Source: Candidatus Levyibacteriota bacterium (GTDB lineage Bacteria > Patescibacteriota > Microgenomatia > Levybacterales > UBA12049). Taken from it: 64,000 bases of DNA. Where the stretch lies: assembly GCA_963716145.1 (NCBI GenBank), contig OY970292.1, forward strand, positions 661,171 through 725,170, read 5' to 3'. Position numbers and translations under genes: made by a program. The notes below the pieces were generated by a model. It did not search any database. It worked only from the letters and a program-made list of their open reading frames with translations, and was not told the DNA's origin. Positions within the stretch are counted from its first letter, which is position 1, and every line of letters starts with the position of its first letter. This document shows positions 9,417 to 19,646 of the stretch, in pieces.

Positions 9417-12009
9417 TAACCTTGCTATCCTTGCTAGCACAAGTGATCAATCGGCTCTTGTAATCAACCAAAACTCCACAGGTGATTTAATTAGCGCAAC
9501 TACTGGGCAAACTGCTAAATTCACTGTGAGTAACAGTGGCTCAGGCATCTTTGCCGGAGACCTTAGTATTCTCGGGAATAACTTATCAACCGTGACGGGC
9601 ACATTCAACCTTGCCAATACAAATACCACCACTCTTAACATAGGAGGTGCCGCAACTAATATTTCTATCGGTGCCGCAACCGGTACTACAACTGTCAATA
9701 ATAATCTGAAGGTCAATGGTCTTCTGAACCTACCAAGCATAGCAGTTGGTTCAGTACCATTTATTAATACCAGCAATCAATTGGCTCAGGACACTGCAAA
9801 CTTCTTCTGGGACCAGGGCAATAAACGCCTTGGCCTTGGGACTTCAACTCCAAGTTATAGATTGTCAGTTACTGATAACGTTTCTCAGGCTGGAAGAGCA
9901 ACTGCAGCTATCACAAATATCAATGCAACAGACAGTATAAATTCTGTTGCTTTAAGATTAAATATTGGAGCTCCAGCAGCAAGCACCCAGTCACGGTTTG
10001 CAACTTTTTATGCTAATTGTAGTAGCGAGGATTGTGCGGGAACCGCTAAGGGGAATATAGCAGTTACTACGACCGGAGTGGCCTACAATACAGGTAGTGC
10101 TGACTTTGCGGAATACTTCAGCGCTGATGATAACACAATTAATCAAGGCGATATTGTTGGCCTTGATTCGAACGGAAAAGTCGTTAAAGCAACATCAAAT
10201 ACTCCTCTTGTTGGCGTTCTATCAACAACGGCCGGTTTTGTTGGGAATGATACAAGTGATCGTGACTCCAATGCAAATAAAGTGCTTGTTGGCCTTATGG
10301 GGCAATTGCCGGTTAAAGTTTCAAATGAAAATGGGATAATAAAAGCCGGCGACCCGCTAACAGTATCATCGATCCCGGGGGTTGCCAGCAAAGCAGTGGG
10401 TGCAGGGCAAATTGTAGGCCGAGCTCTTGAAACCTTTGATCCTCTAGTTAATACATCCAATAAAATCAAAATAGCTCTTAATGTATCTTGGTACGATCCA
10501 AGAGCCATACTAATGAATGATGGAAGCCTGGCTACCGCATTTGAGACTAATAAGTCAAAGCCCTCGGAACTTAGCTTTGGGGATTACGAAAAGTACATGA
10601 TATCAATCCGGGATTTTGTTAACACTCTAAACACCGGAGTACTTGAGGTTGCTAATATATCCACCAATTCCCTATCTATTGCAACTGAGGATATAACAAT
10701 TGGAGGACAAACGCTTCGGAACTACATAGCATCCATTGTTAATGAGATACTGGACAAAAGACTTGCTGAAGAAAAACCAAAGAATATTGTTGTTTTAAGT
10801 CCATTGGCTCAAGCTCCAAGTTCTGCAACTGTAAGTGCAGATATGCAAACCGCGAATCCTCCAGCAGCTACTGCTGCTGCTTCACTAACTCCTACCCCCA
10901 CTAACCCAATTCCTAGTCCAACTGCCACTCAATCTGCTACTTACGTAACCAATATATATAACAATGTATCATCAACTAGCGCTGGGTTGGCATCAACCAG
11001 CGCTTCTCTAAGCCCGACACCGGAATTATCTATCTCCCCTACGCCTTCACCTGAAATTACAGCAAGTCCCTCAGCACAACCAACACCTATTGCTACAGAG
11101 TCTGCACAAATCCAGAACACTCAGACAACTCAGCAAAACAGTAAATCTGAAATTCAGGACATCAGAGAGTCTGAAATTACTGATACACTGAGTATTCCGA
11201 GTTTTCCGAACCTTCAAACTAATCATGCTAATATCGCAACTTTCTCCGCCGAACTCTCTTATATTCCCAATCTCAAATCAGACTATGCGACTTTTAATCA
11301 TGGATTAATCGCTCTTGGCCCAACCAGCCTTGCTGAAACATCAATTAGTACTCAGCTCTCGATTGGACAAAGTATGGTAATTACCGAAAATTCAATAAAC
11401 ACTCTTGGAACAGATCTTAATCTTCAACCTCTAAAGCAAGGAAATCTTTTGATAATGGGAGGACTTGTGGCAGTAGACACACAGGGCAATTTGAGTGTCA
11501 CCGGAAACGCGGCTTTTGCTAAAGATGTTACGGTAAAAGGCAAACTTGCAGCAGGCATTATCGTACCTGTTCCCGATCAGGATCTGATCTTTCAGCTTGG
11601 AGAAAATACACCAGGCAATAAGATAGAAGTCAAAAATGCTTCAGGCAGCGGAGTATTGAGTATAAATAAGTTTGGCGACATTATCTCTTCAGGAAGCGCG
11701 CAATTTTCAAATTTCAAAATCGTGAGAGGAGCCCAAGCAGACACTTCATTCACAGAGACAGTTGCGAAAGGCTCTGCCGGAACGGCCGTGATCACAGCCA
11801 ATGAAACCGAACGAACAATAGTCACACCTTTTGTTACAAAAGATTCATTAATATATATAACTCCTGTTTCATCAACTAGCGGGACAACTCCATATATCGC
11901 AAGACAAATAGAAGAAAGCTCCGAAACCGCAAGTAAAGGCTCTTTCACTATCCAAATCTCAAGTCCAGTCTCAAGTGACATTAAATTGAATTGGTGGATT
12001 ATAAACTAA
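9325..12009 (+). CDS. Giant repeat surface protein, C-terminal part (probable frameshift continuation of 7383-9416); carries the same conserved central domain and ends NWWIIN
   Basis: Overlaps the upstream ORF by 92 nt in another frame and lacks its own signal peptide. Contains ..FYANCSSEDCAGTA..ADFAEYF..GDIVGLD..VSWYDPR.. as in 1807-3876 and 17001-19646. Pro/Thr/Ser-rich linker (PTPTNPIPSPTATQS..). Confidence 0.65.
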   Translation: MRELLIFKDHCKIHQTITIYNQPWEAVEVDDNLAILASTSDQSALVINQNSTGDLISATTGQTAKFTVSNSGSGIFAGDLSILGNNLSTVTGTFNLANTNTTTLNIGGAATNISIGAATGTTTVNNNLKVNGLLNLPSIAVGSVPFINTSNQLAQDTANFFWDQGNKRLGLGTSTPSYRLSVTDNVSQAGRATAAITNINATDSINSVALRLNIGAPAASTQSRFATFYANCSSEDCAGTAKGNIAVTTTGVAYNTGSADFAEYFSADDNTINQGDIVGLDSNGKVVKATSNTPLVGVLSTTAGFVGNDTSDRDSNANKVLVGLMGQLPVKVSNENGIIKAGDPLTVSSIPGVASKAVGAGQIVGRALETFDPLVNTSNKIKIALNVSWYDPRAILMNDGSLATAFETNKSKPSELSFGDYEKYMISIRDFVNTLNTGVLEVANISTNSLSIATEDITIGGQTLRNYIASIVNEILDKRLAEEKPKNIVVLSPLAQAPSSATVSADMQTANPPAATAAASLTPTPTNPIPSPTATQSATYVTNIYNNVSSTSAGLASTSASLSPTPELSISPTPSPEITASPSAQPTPIATESAQIQNTQTTQQNSKSEIQDIRESEITDTLSIPSFPNLQTNHANIATFSAELSYIPNLKSDYATFNHGLIALGPTSLAETSISTQLSIGQSMVITENSINTLGTDLNLQPLKQGNLLIMGGLVAVDTQGNLSVTGNAAFAKDVTVKGKLAAGIIVPVPDQDLIFQLGENTPGNKIEVKNASGSGVLSINKFGDIISSGSAQFSNFKIVRGAQADTSFTETVAKGSAGTAVITANETERTIVTPFVTKDSLIYITPVSSTSGTTPYIARQIEESSETASKGSFTIQISSPVSSDIKLNWWIIN

Positions 12010-12124
12010 TTTTCAATTTTAAATTATCAATTTTCATTGAATATTCAGTGACCTAATTTTCAAACATTGAGGCATTGATATTTGATTGAAAATTAAAAAT
12101 TGTAAATTGAAAATTATCTTGGCG
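12010..12124. repeat. AT-rich palindromic terminator-like element (gaaaattgaaaa family, subfamily shared with 36063-36174)
   Basis: caattttcattgaat ... tttgattgaaaattaaaaattgtaaattgaaaatta; lies between the convergent stops at 12009 (+) and 12125 (-). Confidence 0.55.
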
Positions 12125-12544
12125 CTAGTAGTCCTTCAAAGAAATGAATTTAATTCCCGAAGTCAATAAATTCCTATCTATATTTTCTGTCACCATGAAG
12201 GCATCTTTTTGCTCACTCAGCGCCAAAAAAACGCTCTCATAATAGCTAATTCCGTAGGCCGAGGCTATAGCATGCGCCTCTTTGGAAAGCATTTCCGATT
12301 GCGGGATAAATTGAATAGGCAAATCAGAAAGCACTGCAAGGGGAATTTTTGACTCTAACTGAGAAAGTTTCTTATTCATTATTAATACATTACCAATCTC
12401 GTATTTTGCAAGTTCAGGAGCAAATAAGCCTACCTTACCTTTAATAGCATCTTTTAAGATATTGTCTGCCTGCTCAATATGATCCTCTTTATTTTTGTTG
12501 AGCCATTTTACAATTACTGATGAATCAAGTACAAGTTTTTTCAT
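12125..12544 (-). CDS. vapC: PIN-domain toxin (VapC family)
   Basis: N-terminal MKKLVLDSSVIVKWL.., acidic residues at PIN catalytic positions; 139 aa; 12-nt gap to the upstream antitoxin-like gene. Confidence 0.75.
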   Translation of the reverse strand: MKKLVLDSSVIVKWLNKNKEDHIEQADNILKDAIKGKVGLFAPELAKYEIGNVLIMNKKLSQLESKIPLAVLSDLPIQFIPQSEMLSKEAHAIASAYGISYYESVFLALSEQKDAFMVTENIDRNLLTSGIKFISLKDY

Positions 12545-12556
12545 ATAAAATAATTT

Positions 12557-12823
12557 TTAATATTTAATATTCCTATCCCTGGTTATAAATTCAGAAGCAC
12601 TGGTTGTTGGCTTTCCTTTAATATCTCTTGATTTTTTAATAAGTTCAAACAATTTCTCCCATTCTGCTTCTTTAGCTGCTTGATGAGGAGTAATTATTAT
12701 CTCGTCAGGTTTTTCGATTGTTATTGAAACAACAGATGAAGTCCCTGTCCATCTGGTCAACTTTCGAATAGATTCAGGCAGTGTCAATTGTCCTCTTTCA
12801 CGAATTATTCCTACTGTCGTCAT
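12557..12823 (-). CDS. vapB: AbrB/MazE/SpoVT-type antitoxin (VapB-like)
   Basis: ..GIIRERGQLTLPESIRK.. swapped-hairpin motif; 88 aa; sits immediately upstream of the PIN gene. Confidence 0.7.
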   Translation of the reverse strand: MTTVGIIRERGQLTLPESIRKLTRWTGTSSVVSITIEKPDEIIITPHQAAKEAEWEKLFELIKKSRDIKGKPTTSASEFITRDRNIKY

Positions 12824-12929
12824 ACTAATCAGATTATCAGAAAATCAGAATTATGTCAATATCTTGATATAGTATTTTTGCTGTCTTGACAATATATATT
12901 TTGGTTTGATAACGTGGAAATATACCAAC

Positions 12930-12994
12930 TAATAACTCATAACAAATAACGATAACAACATGTGTTATAAGTAATCAGTCATAAGTTATTAGTC
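12930..12994. promoter_or_regulatory. ATAAC heptad array followed by inverted GTTAT heptads (ataactc ataacaa ataacg ataacaa ... gttataa gtaatca gtcataa gttatta), directly upstream of the 13004 start codon
   Basis: Same composite element recurs at 35081-35179 and 39071-39132. Confidence 0.5.
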
Positions 12995-13003
12995 GGAAAA
13001 ATC

Positions 13004-15163
13004 ATGAATACAGCCAAAAGAGAAATAACAGCATACCTCGAAAACATAAGTCTATTTGTAATAGGCGCTTTCCTCGTCCTCCTGCCTATTCTTTTTCTAA
13101 CAAATACTACTGATGCTTTTGTATTCCCCAAACAAATTGCTTTAAGTATTGCTATTGGCTTATTCAGTCTTTTCTTCGCTGTCAAAACAGTAAGCGAAGG
13201 AAAATTAAAATTCAGAACTTCTTCTTTTGATGCGCCTGTTGCACTATTTATAGTTGTCGCATTTCTCTCAGCTATTCTCAGCCGTAACCGTTATGACTCC
13301 TTGATTGCTTTTGTCCCCCTTTTCTTTACAGGTATTTTGTACTTTGCAATTGTTAACCTCGTAAAACGTGAAAAACAGTTACTTTTTGTTCTCTCCAGCC
13401 TTATCTTGGGGGCTGTTTTGTCTTCAGTTGTCAGTATCTTTTCATTTTTAAAAGTATATCCCCTGCCCTTTCCAAACACCCAAGTTCAACAATTTACAAC
13501 TTTGGGTTCACCGCTTGATCAGGCCCTCTATCTTGCCCTAGTCCTTCCTATAACAGGATATTTTATCTATGCATTTTCTTCCTCAATCAGATCAGGAAAA
13601 GAGTCTGCTCACACTCCATTTGCCAAACACGAAAAAAGGAATTCAACTCCTGTAATCGGCTTTAGCATAGCTTTTCTGATAATTGCCCTGTCATTGGGAA
13701 TAACTATATATATGCTTACCACTTCACAAAAACCTCTTATCCTTCCTTTTGAAACTGGAATTCAGACTGGCTTCGCAGCTATTTCACAAGATACGGGATC
13801 AGTCATAAAAAGCATCTTCCTGGGATCTGGTTTTGGCACATACTTGTCAGACTTTACCAGATTCAAACCAGCTGCTTACAATGCCAATCCAAATCTGTGG
13901 TCCTTTATATTCTTCCGTTCATCAAGCTTTGTGCTTGAGCTTTTAGCAACCACCGGATTACTTGGACTTGGTTCGTTTCTTTTCCTGGTCTTCAAGATCG
14001 TAAAGGCTCGCAACGCATTCCTACCACTTATTGTTGCTGTGATTGCCGCATTCCTCCTTCCCTTCTCTTTTACCCTTGTGGCTCTTTTCTTTGTTCTTCT
14101 GGCAATTTTTGCAGTCGTACTGATTCACGGTAATCCTGAAAAGTTTGCGGAAAGCGAATTCTACCTTGTGACCTTAAAACATGGACTCTTCGCCTTCAGA
14201 CCAGAGGGAGAAAACATCAGATTAAACGACTCAGAAAAGAAATTCAGCTTGATACTGCCTATTCTTTTCTTTATTGTAACTCTAATAATTGTTGGTTATC
14301 CACTATTCCTGACAGGAAGCTTTCTGATTTCTGATCTTACTTTTCAGAGATCGTTGGTGGCTGCATCCAAAAATAACGGACTTGAAACATACAATCTTCA
14401 GAATGCTGCGATTCAGCAATTCCCATACCGTGATATATACTATAGAAGCTTCTCGCAAACCAACATTGCGCTTGCGAACTCTTTGGCCAGCAATCAGCGC
14501 GAAAGCAAGGCAAGTCCTTCCGCACAACTTCAGCAAAATATCACAACTCTTATCCAACAATCAATTAATGGAGGCAGAACAGCAGTCGCTATATCTCCTA
14601 TGACCGCATTTAACTGGAACAATTTATCATCAATCTATCGGAGTCTGATCGGCTTTGGGGAAAATGCAGACCGCTTTACACTTGTTACGGCACAGCAGGC
14701 AATCGCACTGGACCCAAACAACCCTCAGCAATATCTTGATCTTGGAGGCGTATACTTCCAATTAGGGCAATATGATGAAGCCATAAGACAATTTCAATTC
14801 GCAATCAACTTAAAGCAGGACTATGCAAATGCCTACTATAACTTGGGTCATGCTCTTGAGGCTAAGAAAGACTATAAGAACGCGGTCGCAGCCTACCAAG
14901 TAGTCCAAAACATTGTAGCTAAGGACAAAACCAATGCTGACAAAATCAAAGCTGAGATAGAGGCACTCCAGAAAAAAATAGCCAGTGGTGATACCGAAAC
15001 AGCAACAGATACTGCCACAGCAACTCCAAGCGCCGATCTAAATGTAAAAGATAAAGCTAGCACTACTCTTCCTGAGACTGATCCACAAGTTAAAATCCCA
15101 GGTCCTAGCGACAGCCCAACTCCAGCTCCTTCTAAAGCGGTCTCACCTACCCCATCCCTGTAA
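13004..15163 (+). CDS. Polytopic membrane protein, O-antigen ligase/polymerase-like with C-terminal TPR repeats
   Basis: ~12 predicted TM helices in the N-terminal 450 aa; TPR-like ..YLDLGGVYFQLGQYDEAIRQFQFAINLKQDYANAYYNLGHALEAKKDYKNAVAAY..; Pro/Thr/Ser-rich tail. Confidence 0.55.
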   Translation: MNTAKREITAYLENISLFVIGAFLVLLPILFLTNTTDAFVFPKQIALSIAIGLFSLFFAVKTVSEGKLKFRTSSFDAPVALFIVVAFLSAILSRNRYDSLIAFVPLFFTGILYFAIVNLVKREKQLLFVLSSLILGAVLSSVVSIFSFLKVYPLPFPNTQVQQFTTLGSPLDQALYLALVLPITGYFIYAFSSSIRSGKESAHTPFAKHEKRNSTPVIGFSIAFLIIALSLGITIYMLTTSQKPLILPFETGIQTGFAAISQDTGSVIKSIFLGSGFGTYLSDFTRFKPAAYNANPNLWSFIFFRSSSFVLELLATTGLLGLGSFLFLVFKIVKARNAFLPLIVAVIAAFLLPFSFTLVALFFVLLAIFAVVLIHGNPEKFAESEFYLVTLKHGLFAFRPEGENIRLNDSEKKFSLILPILFFIVTLIIVGYPLFLTGSFLISDLTFQRSLVAASKNNGLETYNLQNAAIQQFPYRDIYYRSFSQTNIALANSLASNQRESKASPSAQLQQNITTLIQQSINGGRTAVAISPMTAFNWNNLSSIYRSLIGFGENADRFTLVTAQQAIALDPNNPQQYLDLGGVYFQLGQYDEAIRQFQFAINLKQDYANAYYNLGHALEAKKDYKNAVAAYQVVQNIVAKDKTNADKIKAEIEALQKKIASGDTETATDTATATPSADLNVKDKASTTLPETDPQVKIPGPSDSPTPAPSKAVSPTPSL

Positions 15164-15440
15164 TAAAGCTAAAATAAGCTAACTTTGCTTAACCGAAGGT
15201 TGAAATAATAATAGAGATTATAGTCTGCTTATGGATTGCTACAGTGATATTGCTCCTGCAATAAGTTACATTGATCCAGCTAAAAAACTTAGAGCTGATA
15301 TAACTGATGATGGGAACGTGAATCAGTTTGACTACAATCTTTTCCTCAGGGAGTTGACCAATATAAGCGGAGAGTAACTGAAAAAGAATAGAGACATGAT
15401 TTGCATCATATCTCTATATCAAAATATATACTAGTATATA

Positions 15441-15743
15441 CTATTGTCTATTTTGTCTAAAACAGTCTCGACAAAGAACTGGTTTATCGCCTCTTGGTTC
15501 AAAAGGTACAGTGTCGTCTTTTCCACAGTTTGAACACTTTATTGGGAAAGATTGTCTTGGTCCTCGGTCACCACCGCCGCCTCCGCCTCCACCGTTGAAG
15601 TTTGCACGAGCTTTTGCCCGGCAATCTTTACAGCGAAGTGGTGCGTTGAAGCCTTTTTCCTGGTAAAATTCCTGTTCTTCGGCTGTCCAAGTAAACTCGG
15701 CGCCGCAGTCTTTACATTGAATTGTTTGGTTTGTAAATGCCAC
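15441..15743 (-). CDS. Tandem zinc-ribbon protein (two CxxC..CxxC units with a poly-Gly linker)
   Basis: CKDCGAEFTWTAEEQEFYQEKGFNAPLRCKDCR and CSNCGKDDTVPF..CRDCF; GGGGGGGG linker. Confidence 0.6.
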   Translation of the reverse strand: MAFTNQTIQCKDCGAEFTWTAEEQEFYQEKGFNAPLRCKDCRAKARANFNGGGGGGGGDRGPRQSFPIKCSNCGKDDTVPFEPRGDKPVLCRDCFRQNRQ

Positions 15744-16018
15744 TTAAGATTCACCCCCTTTTTGTTTCATATTTTCTGTAATCCTAAGTGACTAAAGTGA
15801 AGAAATTTCTTGCAAGCCTTAGATTCTCTGGAATACTGATTGCTAACAGATTATGAGCATCAATAAATATTGATAATCAAAATCTATCTGCATTATACCA
15901 CAGTATATTTGCCAATGTCCATTTGTCATTTGCCATTGATTTCCGATTTAACAATTTGGTAATTGAAAATAAAATATAAATGGAAAATGGAACCTGGAGA
16001 ATGGAAAATAAAGCGCAT

Positions 16019-16684
16019 CTACTGGCTTGGAAGTGCCGTAGGAGCAGTTGTGGCCTCAGGAGCAGCAGTTGGTGCCTCCCCAGTTGGTCCGCTTGGTGTT
16101 GGACTTGGGCCAATATTGATCGGCGCTACATTGATAATCTTATTTTTGGATGGGCTGTAAAGAATTGCCTTTTTTGACTGGGTATAAATAAGTACCTTAT
16201 CGCCATTTACAGCTTTTGCGAAAAATGCCTGATTCTTGAGTTTGGCATTATCAGTGACAGTTGCAATTGTCGGGGTTTCGCTGGCAGGAAGATCAATTAG
16301 CTTCCCGACTTTATCAACAAGCTGTTTTATTTCAGTTTTGGATACTTCCTGAGGATTTTTGAAGTTTTTTAACTGCTCTTGTGACTGCCTATAAAGGAAA
16401 AAACTGTATGCAGATGCACCAATAGCAATAATCAATAAAATAATCACTATCCGCCCTCCTACACCCTTTAATTTGCCGGTCTTTTTATTGTTACCAACTG
16501 AGACTTCTTTGTCAACTATTTCTGTCATAATTTCAGATTTAGGAATACTTTCTTCAACCGGTTTAGAAAATGCGCTTTCTTTAACTCCTGCTTCGGACGC
16601 GTCTGACGTAGCTGGAGAATCTGTGAAAGTCTTCTCGGGGATTGATTTTTTTCCAAATTTTGCTGAGGGTGCTCGCTTTGCCAT
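16019..16684 (-). CDS. Single-pass membrane protein, hypothetical (low-complexity cytoplasmic N-terminus, TM, Pro/Thr-rich C-terminus)
   Basis: TM IVIILLIIAIGASAYSFFLY; no recognisable catalytic motifs. Confidence 0.45.
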   Translation of the reverse strand: MAKRAPSAKFGKKSIPEKTFTDSPATSDASEAGVKESAFSKPVEESIPKSEIMTEIVDKEVSVGNNKKTGKLKGVGGRIVIILLIIAIGASAYSFFLYRQSQEQLKNFKNPQEVSKTEIKQLVDKVGKLIDLPASETPTIATVTDNAKLKNQAFFAKAVNGDKVLIYTQSKKAILYSPSKNKIINVAPINIGPSPTPSGPTGEAPTAAPEATTAPTALPSQ

Positions 16685-17000
16685 AAAATCTCTCCTATAT
16701 TCAGGTTAGCTAATTAATAATCGAGTGTCAAGCTCTAGCAAGCTCAGCTATAACTTGTTTTTTATGCAAAGAACAAATACCGTGAGTATATTGCTGTCGT
16801 TTTTTTAAAGGTATACGAGCTTTTGATCCGCACCATGCGCAAACCCAGATAAGTTTTGTTAATTTATTTTGCATATTTGCTTTCATGTTTTTAATTTGGC
16901 TTTTGGCAAAATTAAATAACTACTTTGAATAGCAGCAAAACGTTATGTATATTTACTTTTATGCTCCGCCAAAGTTTCATACTTCTTACCTCCTTTCTCT

Positions 17001-19646
17001 TTAAGGTGTCGGGCTGGGCGATATTATCAACCCATCCCCCACTTGGATAGCAGTCCAGGAAAAATTCATATCGCTATCCGCATTCTTGTTAAGAACAATT
17101 GAAAAGCCTTTGCTGCTGCGCTTAGTCAGAATGAATTGAATATTTTTAGAAAAGAGATCTTTATCAAGTTTTTCCTCGCAAGCGCTTATTCCGGCAGATG
17201 CATTACAATCTCCATTACTTACCTGCTGATCAAACTCAGATTGATTTAACTTAACTCCGATAAGACTTGCATTGATAACCGGATCAAACTGATATTCTTT
17301 ACCAAACAGAACATCAACATGATCTCTATCCTTTTTGACAACTACATATCCGGCTGTATCCTTATTAAAAGTAGTAGTTCCTTCTATAACAACGTCTTTA
17401 TGGAAAGTAGCATTGTCTAGGAATTCGGCAAGCTTGGTAACTATCAAATTCTTGGTCATTACAGTATCAATAACATTTAGAATTCCCTCAACCAAACCAT
17501 TACCTTTGACACGAAGGTCAGCTGACACAGTCGCTGATCCATCAACCCTCAATCCTTCTAATACCATAAGCCCGGACGAGGAAGAAGTCGGGCTAGTACT
17601 TGATCCCAAGACAGATAGATTGGCAGAGTTTGATGCGTTAAGGTAAGGATCTGCTGCAAATATAATAAGACTTGCTTCAAGTGATGCAACTTTTGACTTA
17701 AGATCTGAAAACTGAGAGCTAATATCAGTTAACTTGCTATCTAATCCATCAACTTTTCCCGATACAGACACATGGGCTGAAGAACTGGAAACTTGTTGGC
17801 TAAAGCTAGCAGAATCAAATCCAACTAATCCGCTCAGGCCAGGTTGAGCAGAAGAGGTAGCTGAAGGAGTCGCATTTTCCAGCTTAGTTAAGCGTCTGAC
17901 TATGTCTCCAAGTGTCCAGGCGAGATCCTTTTTGGGAGCCGCAGGGGGAGTACCACCAAGAGCCACAACTTCAGCAGCAGGATCAGTGTTTGGCAGAACT
18001 AAGTTTCCGCTAGCATCAAGCGTAAGATTAGCCAGGAGATTGTTGGGGTCATACCAGATTGGATGCACTAAGACTTTTATAGTACCTATCCCTGAACCAT
18101 TATAAGCTTCAAGTGCCCGCCCGACTATCTCACCGGCTTGAGTAGTTTTTGCACCAACTCCGGGGATATCTGAAAGACTAATTGGGTCACCGGGTTGGAT
18201 CGAGCCATTCTGAGTAGATACTTTGGTTATAATCTGACCACTCAAACCAACAAGACTATTGGTTTGGGCGTAATCATTATCACAGTTGTTGTCATCTGTC
18301 TGGCAAAGCGGACCGTTACCGATAAATCCAGGATTTCTGGAAACAACCCCAACCAGAGCAGTTGAACCGGTTGCCCTGATCACAGAATTTGCATGTGTTG
18401 TATCAAGCATCACAATATCACCCTCAGCTGGTTTGGCGCTGGCATTTCCGTCGAGAAAATACTCGGCATAATCAGCAGCTGTTGTGGTATAGGCTACTGC
18501 ACTGGCGCCACCCTGGATTTTTCCGGCCACTGTGCCTGCTCCGGCAAAAGCGACAAAGTAGTTACCCGTAGTACGTGAAGTATTGGCTGTACCAATGTTA
18601 ATCAATAGACCATCAGAACTACTACCTGGTGCTCCGGCTGAGGTTGCTGTTGATAAGTTTTTGATCTGGGCGATGTAACCGGTACCATTGGTTCCCTGGA
18701 CATCTAGCAGGAAGCCTGGATTGGTCACGCCAATCCCCACATTGCCAGATGAGTTAATTATCAATCTTTCGGTGGCATCTAAAGCTGAGGCATTGGCTAT
18801 TACAAAATTACCGGTACTTCCGCGGTAGCCGATTGAATATCTTGCTGTACCGTTTTCACGGAAGTTAACAAAAGACTGGTCACCGCTGGCAGAATCAATC
18901 CGAACAGCAGCAGCAGCAGCACTTGATATATGAAGTTGCGCTCCTGGCGCTGTGGTCCCGATGCCCACGTTGCCACCTACATAGGCATCAGAGTTAACTC
19001 TCAAGTTGCCATAGACGCGGGCAGTACTTGCGCCGTCATCAAGAATATCAATAGAGCCAAGCCTAAATGAATTAACATGTGCAGTGCCATTAATCTCAAG
19101 TAGATATCCAGGATTGGTGAGACCGATGCCGACATTGCCGGCACTAGTTACACGTACCCGTTCTGTTGTTCCGCTGAAGATGCCAAGATCCATTGCTCCA
19201 CTGGTTGCCGGTGCAATTCCAGCCAGAGATATGGTAGAAGTAGCTGCTAAACTGTTGAATTTTAGTTGACCATAGCGAATGATCGAAACGTCATCAGTAT
19301 TATTGATACTAATTGTGGGTGCATTTCCAACAGTGCTGCCATTTGCTCCAGCAACAGCAAGTTTGTCTGTCGGACCCGTAGTGCCGATGCCCACGTTGCC
19401 GGATCCCAGAATTGTCATTGCATCTACAGGTGTACCTGCTGTTCTGAGGCGGAAGTTAATGCTTGTTGCCGCACTATCAAACCTGTTATCTATGAATGAT
19501 TGTCCGGTTGTGGTTTTATGCCATATATCAGTACCATTTGAAGCATCAGAACCGCTTCTAAGCAGAATGCCTGCGTCGCGTGAAGAAGATGAAGAATTAA
19601 TCTCGAGTATTCTACTCCCATTCGCGCTAACAAAGTTGTTTGGCAA
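17001..19646 (-). CDS. Giant repeat surface protein, C-terminal part (GNVGIGTTxP repeats plus the shared conserved domain ..ADYAEYF..GDIVMLD..VHPIWYDPNN..)
   Basis: Overlaps the 3' end of 19490-23635 by 157 nt in a different frame. The upstream ORF's last ~60 aa look like out-of-frame translation, so this is probably one gene broken by a frameshift. Confidence 0.6.
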   Translation of the reverse strand: MPNNFVSANGSRILEINSSSSSRDAGILLRSGSDASNGTDIWHKTTTGQSFIDNRFDSAATSINFRLRTAGTPVDAMTILGSGNVGIGTTGPTDKLAVAGANGSTVGNAPTISINNTDDVSIIRYGQLKFNSLAATSTISLAGIAPATSGAMDLGIFSGTTERVRVTSAGNVGIGLTNPGYLLEINGTAHVNSFRLGSIDILDDGASTARVYGNLRVNSDAYVGGNVGIGTTAPGAQLHISSAAAAAVRIDSASGDQSFVNFRENGTARYSIGYRGSTGNFVIANASALDATERLIINSSGNVGIGVTNPGFLLDVQGTNGTGYIAQIKNLSTATSAGAPGSSSDGLLINIGTANTSRTTGNYFVAFAGAGTVAGKIQGGASAVAYTTTAADYAEYFLDGNASAKPAEGDIVMLDTTHANSVIRATGSTALVGVVSRNPGFIGNGPLCQTDDNNCDNDYAQTNSLVGLSGQIITKVSTQNGSIQPGDPISLSDIPGVGAKTTQAGEIVGRALEAYNGSGIGTIKVLVHPIWYDPNNLLANLTLDASGNLVLPNTDPAAEVVALGGTPPAAPKKDLAWTLGDIVRRLTKLENATPSATSSAQPGLSGLVGFDSASFSQQVSSSSAHVSVSGKVDGLDSKLTDISSQFSDLKSKVASLEASLIIFAADPYLNASNSANLSVLGSSTSPTSSSSGLMVLEGLRVDGSATVSADLRVKGNGLVEGILNVIDTVMTKNLIVTKLAEFLDNATFHKDVVIEGTTTFNKDTAGYVVVKKDRDHVDVLFGKEYQFDPVINASLIGVKLNQSEFDQQVSNGDCNASAGISACEEKLDKDLFSKNIQFILTKRSSKGFSIVLNKNADSDMNFSWTAIQVGDGLIISPSPTP

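Noticed and set aside
15231-15377. 48-codon ORF MDCYSDIAPAISYIDPAKKLRADITDDGNVNQFDYNLFLRELTNISGE with a dockerin/EF-hand-like DxxDDGxVNxxD loop.
   Set aside because: It is short, lies in a convergent intergenic gap, and the motif is a single copy (dockerins have two). Worth a look only if conserved elsewhere.
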